Source of the DNA: Candidatus Hydrogenedentota bacterium
GTDB lineage: Bacteria; Hydrogenedentota; Hydrogenedentia; Hydrogenedentales; SLHB01
Assembly: GCA_963674865.2 (NCBI GenBank)
Contig: CAXXYE010000009.1
Span: 1,536,001 to 1,600,000 of the forward strand
Direction: 5' to 3'
Length of the DNA stretch: 64,000 nt
Shown here: piece by piece, positions 60,779 to 64,000 of the stretch
Layout of the letters: every line of letters starts with the position of its first letter
Numbering within the stretch: position 1 is the stretch's first letter
Translations under genes and position numbers: made by a program
Notes under the pieces: generated by a model
Database searches by the model: none
What the model was told of the DNA's origin: nothing
What the model saw: only the letters and a program-made list of their open reading frames with translations

Positions 60779-62905
60779 TCAGTCCTCTCTTGGAAAGGTC
60801 AGTACGACTTCCGTACCTTCGCCGGCCACACTTCGGATCGCAATAGCGCCGCCGTGGGCTTCGACGATGCTCTTGCAGATGGGCAGGCCTAGTCCGGTGC
60901 CTTTGGTCTTCGTCGTGAAGAACGGGCGGAACGCTTCGGCTTGACGAGCGGCGTCCATCCCGGCGCCGTTGTCCCTTATCGTGACCACGGCCGCGCGGGG
61001 CCGTACTTCAAATGTAAAGCGGATTTCCCCGGCGCCCGTCATGGCCTGGGCGGCGTTCTGAATCAGGTTCAAGATTACCTGGTGGATGAGTGCGGCGTCC
61101 ACCGCGGCGTTAAGCGTTGGCTCGCCATCGAATGCAAAGGAGATTCCCCCGAATTGATCCTGCTCGGACGCGGAGCGACAGATCTGTTCCGCCAGGTCGC
61201 GCACATCACAGGTCTTCTTCTCGGGCTGCCACGGCCTGCTGAAGAGGAGAAAGTCGTGAACGGTGCGCTCCATGCGGGTGACTTCACTGAGGATCTCGTG
61301 GACGGCGCGGTCGCGCGTCTCGCTTGCGATTTTGGGATTGTTCAGAATCTGGGCGGCGCCGCTGATGCCGGCCAGGGGATTGCGGATTTCGTGGGCCACC
61401 GAGGCGCCCAGTTCGCCGATGGCGGCAAGGTGTTCGGTTTCGCGGAGTTTCTCATACATTCGGTTGAGTTCGGTGATGTCCCGAGCGATCAGGGTCAGGG
61501 GGGAATCGTCGGGGGCGTCGCCCGGCGCGCTTCTTGTCACGTGTAAGGGAAATGTGGTGCCGTCCTTCCGCTTGCCCACGAATTTGTGTCCGGAGATGGA
61601 GTCGCCTTTGCTGGGCGCCAGGAATCGCCTCAGGCTGGTGGCGGTCTTCTCGCTCGCGGGCTCCAGCAGCATATCGACGTGGCAACCGATGATCTCCTCG
61701 GGGGTGTAGCCGAACATGCGGGCGGCGGCGGGATTGAACGACTCAACGGCGCCGTCATCGCGGACCGTGATGACGCCGTCCGGGGCGGTGGTGAGAATGG
61801 CGCGAATGCGGCCTTCGCTTTGCTGAAGCGCCCTTTCGGCTTCCCGGCGCTGGGCGGCGTCGCCTTGTACGCGGCGTACCATGTTGTTGAATTCACGGGT
61901 GAGCCGGCCGAGCTCGTCCTGGCTCCAGATGTCCGTGAGCAGGGCGAGTTCGGACGTTTTATTGACGGTGCTGACGTGCCGCGTGAGTCGTTGGAGGGGC
62001 ATGATCACCGCGGAGCGCAAGAAGACGAGGAGGATGACCACGACGCCAAGGGCGACGACAATGGTGGCGCGTGCCGTGAAGCGGACGGCGGCCTTGCCTT
62101 GAGCCGTGATGTTTCTGGGCGCGTCCACCCGCAAGAGAAGGGCTGGGCGGCCGGTGACGTCTGGGAACGTGGTGTGTACGGCAAGGAAGTGTGAAGAGGT
62201 GCTCTCGAAGTGATAGTCCTGTCCTTCCGAGAACTTGGTGATCCTTTCGTGCACGTGTTCCGGGACGTAGCCGGGCCTCATCGGCCAGAGGCGGAACTGC
62301 ACGTTTGCCTGCGCGCCGATCTCGCGCACCATGTTGTCATCGAGCCAACGCGCCATAACCATGGCGCCGCGGATGGGGCCTTGATTGTTGCTGTGGATGA
62401 TAGGACACGACGCGACAAGCATGGGGCCGGTGGTGGTGAGAAAGACGCCGGATATGACGCGCGTGGGGCGTTTGAGCTGGAGCAGGGGGTGGGTAAGAGC
62501 CCATGCGGTGTGCGGGAATTCCTGGATGTCAATCTGCTTAGCCGCCTCGAGATCGTAGGCGCGTCCCCAGACAACACGCCCTTTGGTGTTAAGGATATAG
62601 AGGAGATTGATCCGATTATCCGTGAAGGTGGACAGGCCAAGGTTCGACCTCACATAGTCAGGATCTCTTCCCTGCACAAAGGCGTAGGTGTCATCCCAGG
62701 CCGCCCAATCGAAGCAGATCTGGTCGAGGTGATCCATCTCGCGCTGCAGCAGGCCGACGCACCGATCCATATCTTTGCGCGCCTCGACGCGCTCGAGTTC
62801 CGTGAAGCTCGGCAGAAGGACCTTCTGCTGGGTGATGTAATTCACCGTCACGGATACCGCCGTGACGAGCAGGAGGATAAGGACGACTTTCTGCCTAAGC
62901 GACAT
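60779..62905 (-). CDS. Sensor histidine kinase (CHASE4-HAMP-PAS-HisKA-HATPase)
   Basis: DWAAWDDTY.F CHASE4; DELGRL HAMP; PAS; AHEIRNPL; FFTTK..GTGLGL. Confidence 0.92.
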   Translation of the reverse strand: MSLRQKVVLILLLVTAVSVTVNYITQQKVLLPSFTELERVEARKDMDRCVGLLQREMDHLDQICFDWAAWDDTYAFVQGRDPDYVRSNLGLSTFTDNRINLLYILNTKGRVVWGRAYDLEAAKQIDIQEFPHTAWALTHPLLQLKRPTRVISGVFLTTTGPMLVASCPIIHSNNQGPIRGAMVMARWLDDNMVREIGAQANVQFRLWPMRPGYVPEHVHERITKFSEGQDYHFESTSSHFLAVHTTFPDVTGRPALLLRVDAPRNITAQGKAAVRFTARATIVVALGVVVILLVFLRSAVIMPLQRLTRHVSTVNKTSELALLTDIWSQDELGRLTREFNNMVRRVQGDAAQRREAERALQQSEGRIRAILTTAPDGVITVRDDGAVESFNPAAARMFGYTPEEIIGCHVDMLLEPASEKTATSLRRFLAPSKGDSISGHKFVGKRKDGTTFPLHVTRSAPGDAPDDSPLTLIARDITELNRMYEKLRETEHLAAIGELGASVAHEIRNPLAGISGAAQILNNPKIASETRDRAVHEILSEVTRMERTVHDFLLFSRPWQPEKKTCDVRDLAEQICRSASEQDQFGGISFAFDGEPTLNAAVDAALIHQVILNLIQNAAQAMTGAGEIRFTFEVRPRAAVVTIRDNGAGMDAARQAEAFRPFFTTKTKGTGLGLPICKSIVEAHGGAIAIRSVAGEGTEVVLTFPRED

Positions 62906-63088
62906 TCGCGATACGCCTCGCCGCTGAGTTTCCCGTGCGCCCGCGCGGCCCATTCTGCCGGGTGCTTGGCAGAGTCTTGCGAGGTGTGTACATCATCAAC
63001 GACAGTGTGACCCAAACGCAGGCATGGATCAATGTCCCGGCGCGCTGGTGAACGCGCAGCGGGCCCTCGTGTGTTAGAATGCCGACTC

Positions 63089-63805
63089 ATGGATGTCGAA
63101 GCCTTGGACACGCCGCTCATCGCGGTGCGCGACTTGACGAAGGACTACGCCATGGGCACAACCGTGGTCCGGGCGTTGCAGGGCGTCACGTTTACTATCA
63201 AGCGGGGCGCGTTTGTCGCGATCATGGGGCCTTCAGGCTCCGGCAAGACGACGTTGATGGATATTCTGGGGTGTCTTTCGCGTCCAACGTCCGGGACATA
63301 CGCGCTGGACAGGATGCCGGTGGATCGGTTGCCGGAGAATCGCCTGGCCGAATTGCGCAATCATGAGATCGGATTCGTATTTCAGACGTTTAACCTGCTT
63401 CCGCGCAGCACGGCCCTGGGCAATGTCGAATTGCCTCTCCTGTATGATGCGGTGCCCAGGAGAGAACGGGAACAGCGTGCCATGGAGGCGCTTGAGGCGG
63501 TGGGATTGGGCGACAGGGCCGATCACCGGCCGAACGAGTTGTCGGGTGGCCAGCGGCAGCGCGTTGCCATTGCGCGGGCCTTGGTGAACCGGCCTTCGAT
63601 TGTGTTTGCGGATGAGCCGACGGGAAACCTGGATACGGCCAGTGGGGCCACCATCCTCGAGTTGTTCCACGAACTCAACAGGAAGGGCAATACCATTGTT
63701 ATCGTGACGCATGAACGCGAGATCGCCGAGTGTGCGCAGCGGATCATGAGTCTGCGCGACGGCAAAGTGGTGGGAGACGAATGCCTAAACGACGATATCC
63801 CGTAG
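63089..63805 (+). CDS. ABC transporter ATP-binding protein (MacB/LolD-like)
   Basis: GPSGSGKT; IGFVFQTFNL; LSGGQRQR; ADEPTGNLD. Confidence 0.93.
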   Translation: MDVEALDTPLIAVRDLTKDYAMGTTVVRALQGVTFTIKRGAFVAIMGPSGSGKTTLMDILGCLSRPTSGTYALDRMPVDRLPENRLAELRNHEIGFVFQTFNLLPRSTALGNVELPLLYDAVPRREREQRAMEALEAVGLGDRADHRPNELSGGQRQRVAIARALVNRPSIVFADEPTGNLDTASGATILELFHELNRKGNTIVIVTHEREIAECAQRIMSLRDGKVVGDECLNDDIP

Positions 63806-64000
63806 CCAAATTCGCCGCGTGGGCGATCGGGCTCATCGTGATCGTATCGCCGGTGCTCTTCGTCAGTCGCGAGGAGCCGGTCGATGTGACGGCTATGCGG
63901 ATCACCCGGGGGCACGTAGAGCAGACGGTGACGGCCATTGCCTCAGGTTCCGTGGTGCCGCGTCTTGATGCCATGGTTGCGTCCGAGCTGATGGGCACGG
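63781..64000 (+). CDS. Efflux periplasmic adaptor subunit (MacA-like), 3' truncated by window edge
   Basis: MPKRRYPVAKFAAWAIGLIVIVSPVLF...RGHVEQTVTAIASGSV...VASELMGT; follows the ABC ATPase. Confidence 0.75.
   Translation, partial: MPKRRYPVAKFAAWAIGLIVIVSPVLFVSREEPVDVTAMRITRGHVEQTVTAIASGSVVPRLDAMVASELMGT

Overview
GC-rich bacterial chromosomal window, probably from a metagenome assembly. A Candidatus Hydrogenedentota/PVC-like origin is my unverified inference from gene content. From left to right it contains: (1) a minus-strand MoxR/DUF58/VWA(Bat-like) operon that continues into a caspase-fold gene cleanly split by a 1,231-bp IS4-family element (9-bp TSD), two Tat-exported DUF4159-like paralogues (one broken by a 623-nt poly-C tract, almost certainly an artefact), a CxxC redoxin and a GH114-like gene; (2) carbohydrate-use genes; (3) rnpB and clpB; (4) a lower-GC two-gene island; (5) a sulfatase, a GH5-like gene, a DxDDTA terpene-cyclase-like lipoprotein and trkH/trkA; (6) REP-like and 162-bp dispersed repeats and a HEAT/YbjN-like, pentapeptide, MBL operon; (7) the most notable locus, 48.6-62.9 kb. 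That locus has a ~3.93-kb tandem duplication of a four-gene type IV minor-pilin cassette (PilV-, PilW-, large PilX-like, TPR), each copy with a consensus sigma-54 promoter. It also has a DUF4382 lipoprotein with an inserted cupredoxin-like domain lacking two Cu ligands, a TM-TPR gene, a 49-aa peptide ORF with a putative sigma-54 promoter, and an adjacent sigma-54 activator/CHASE4 kinase pair. The window ends in a MacAB-like ABC exporter. Family assignments come from motif recognition, not database searches.
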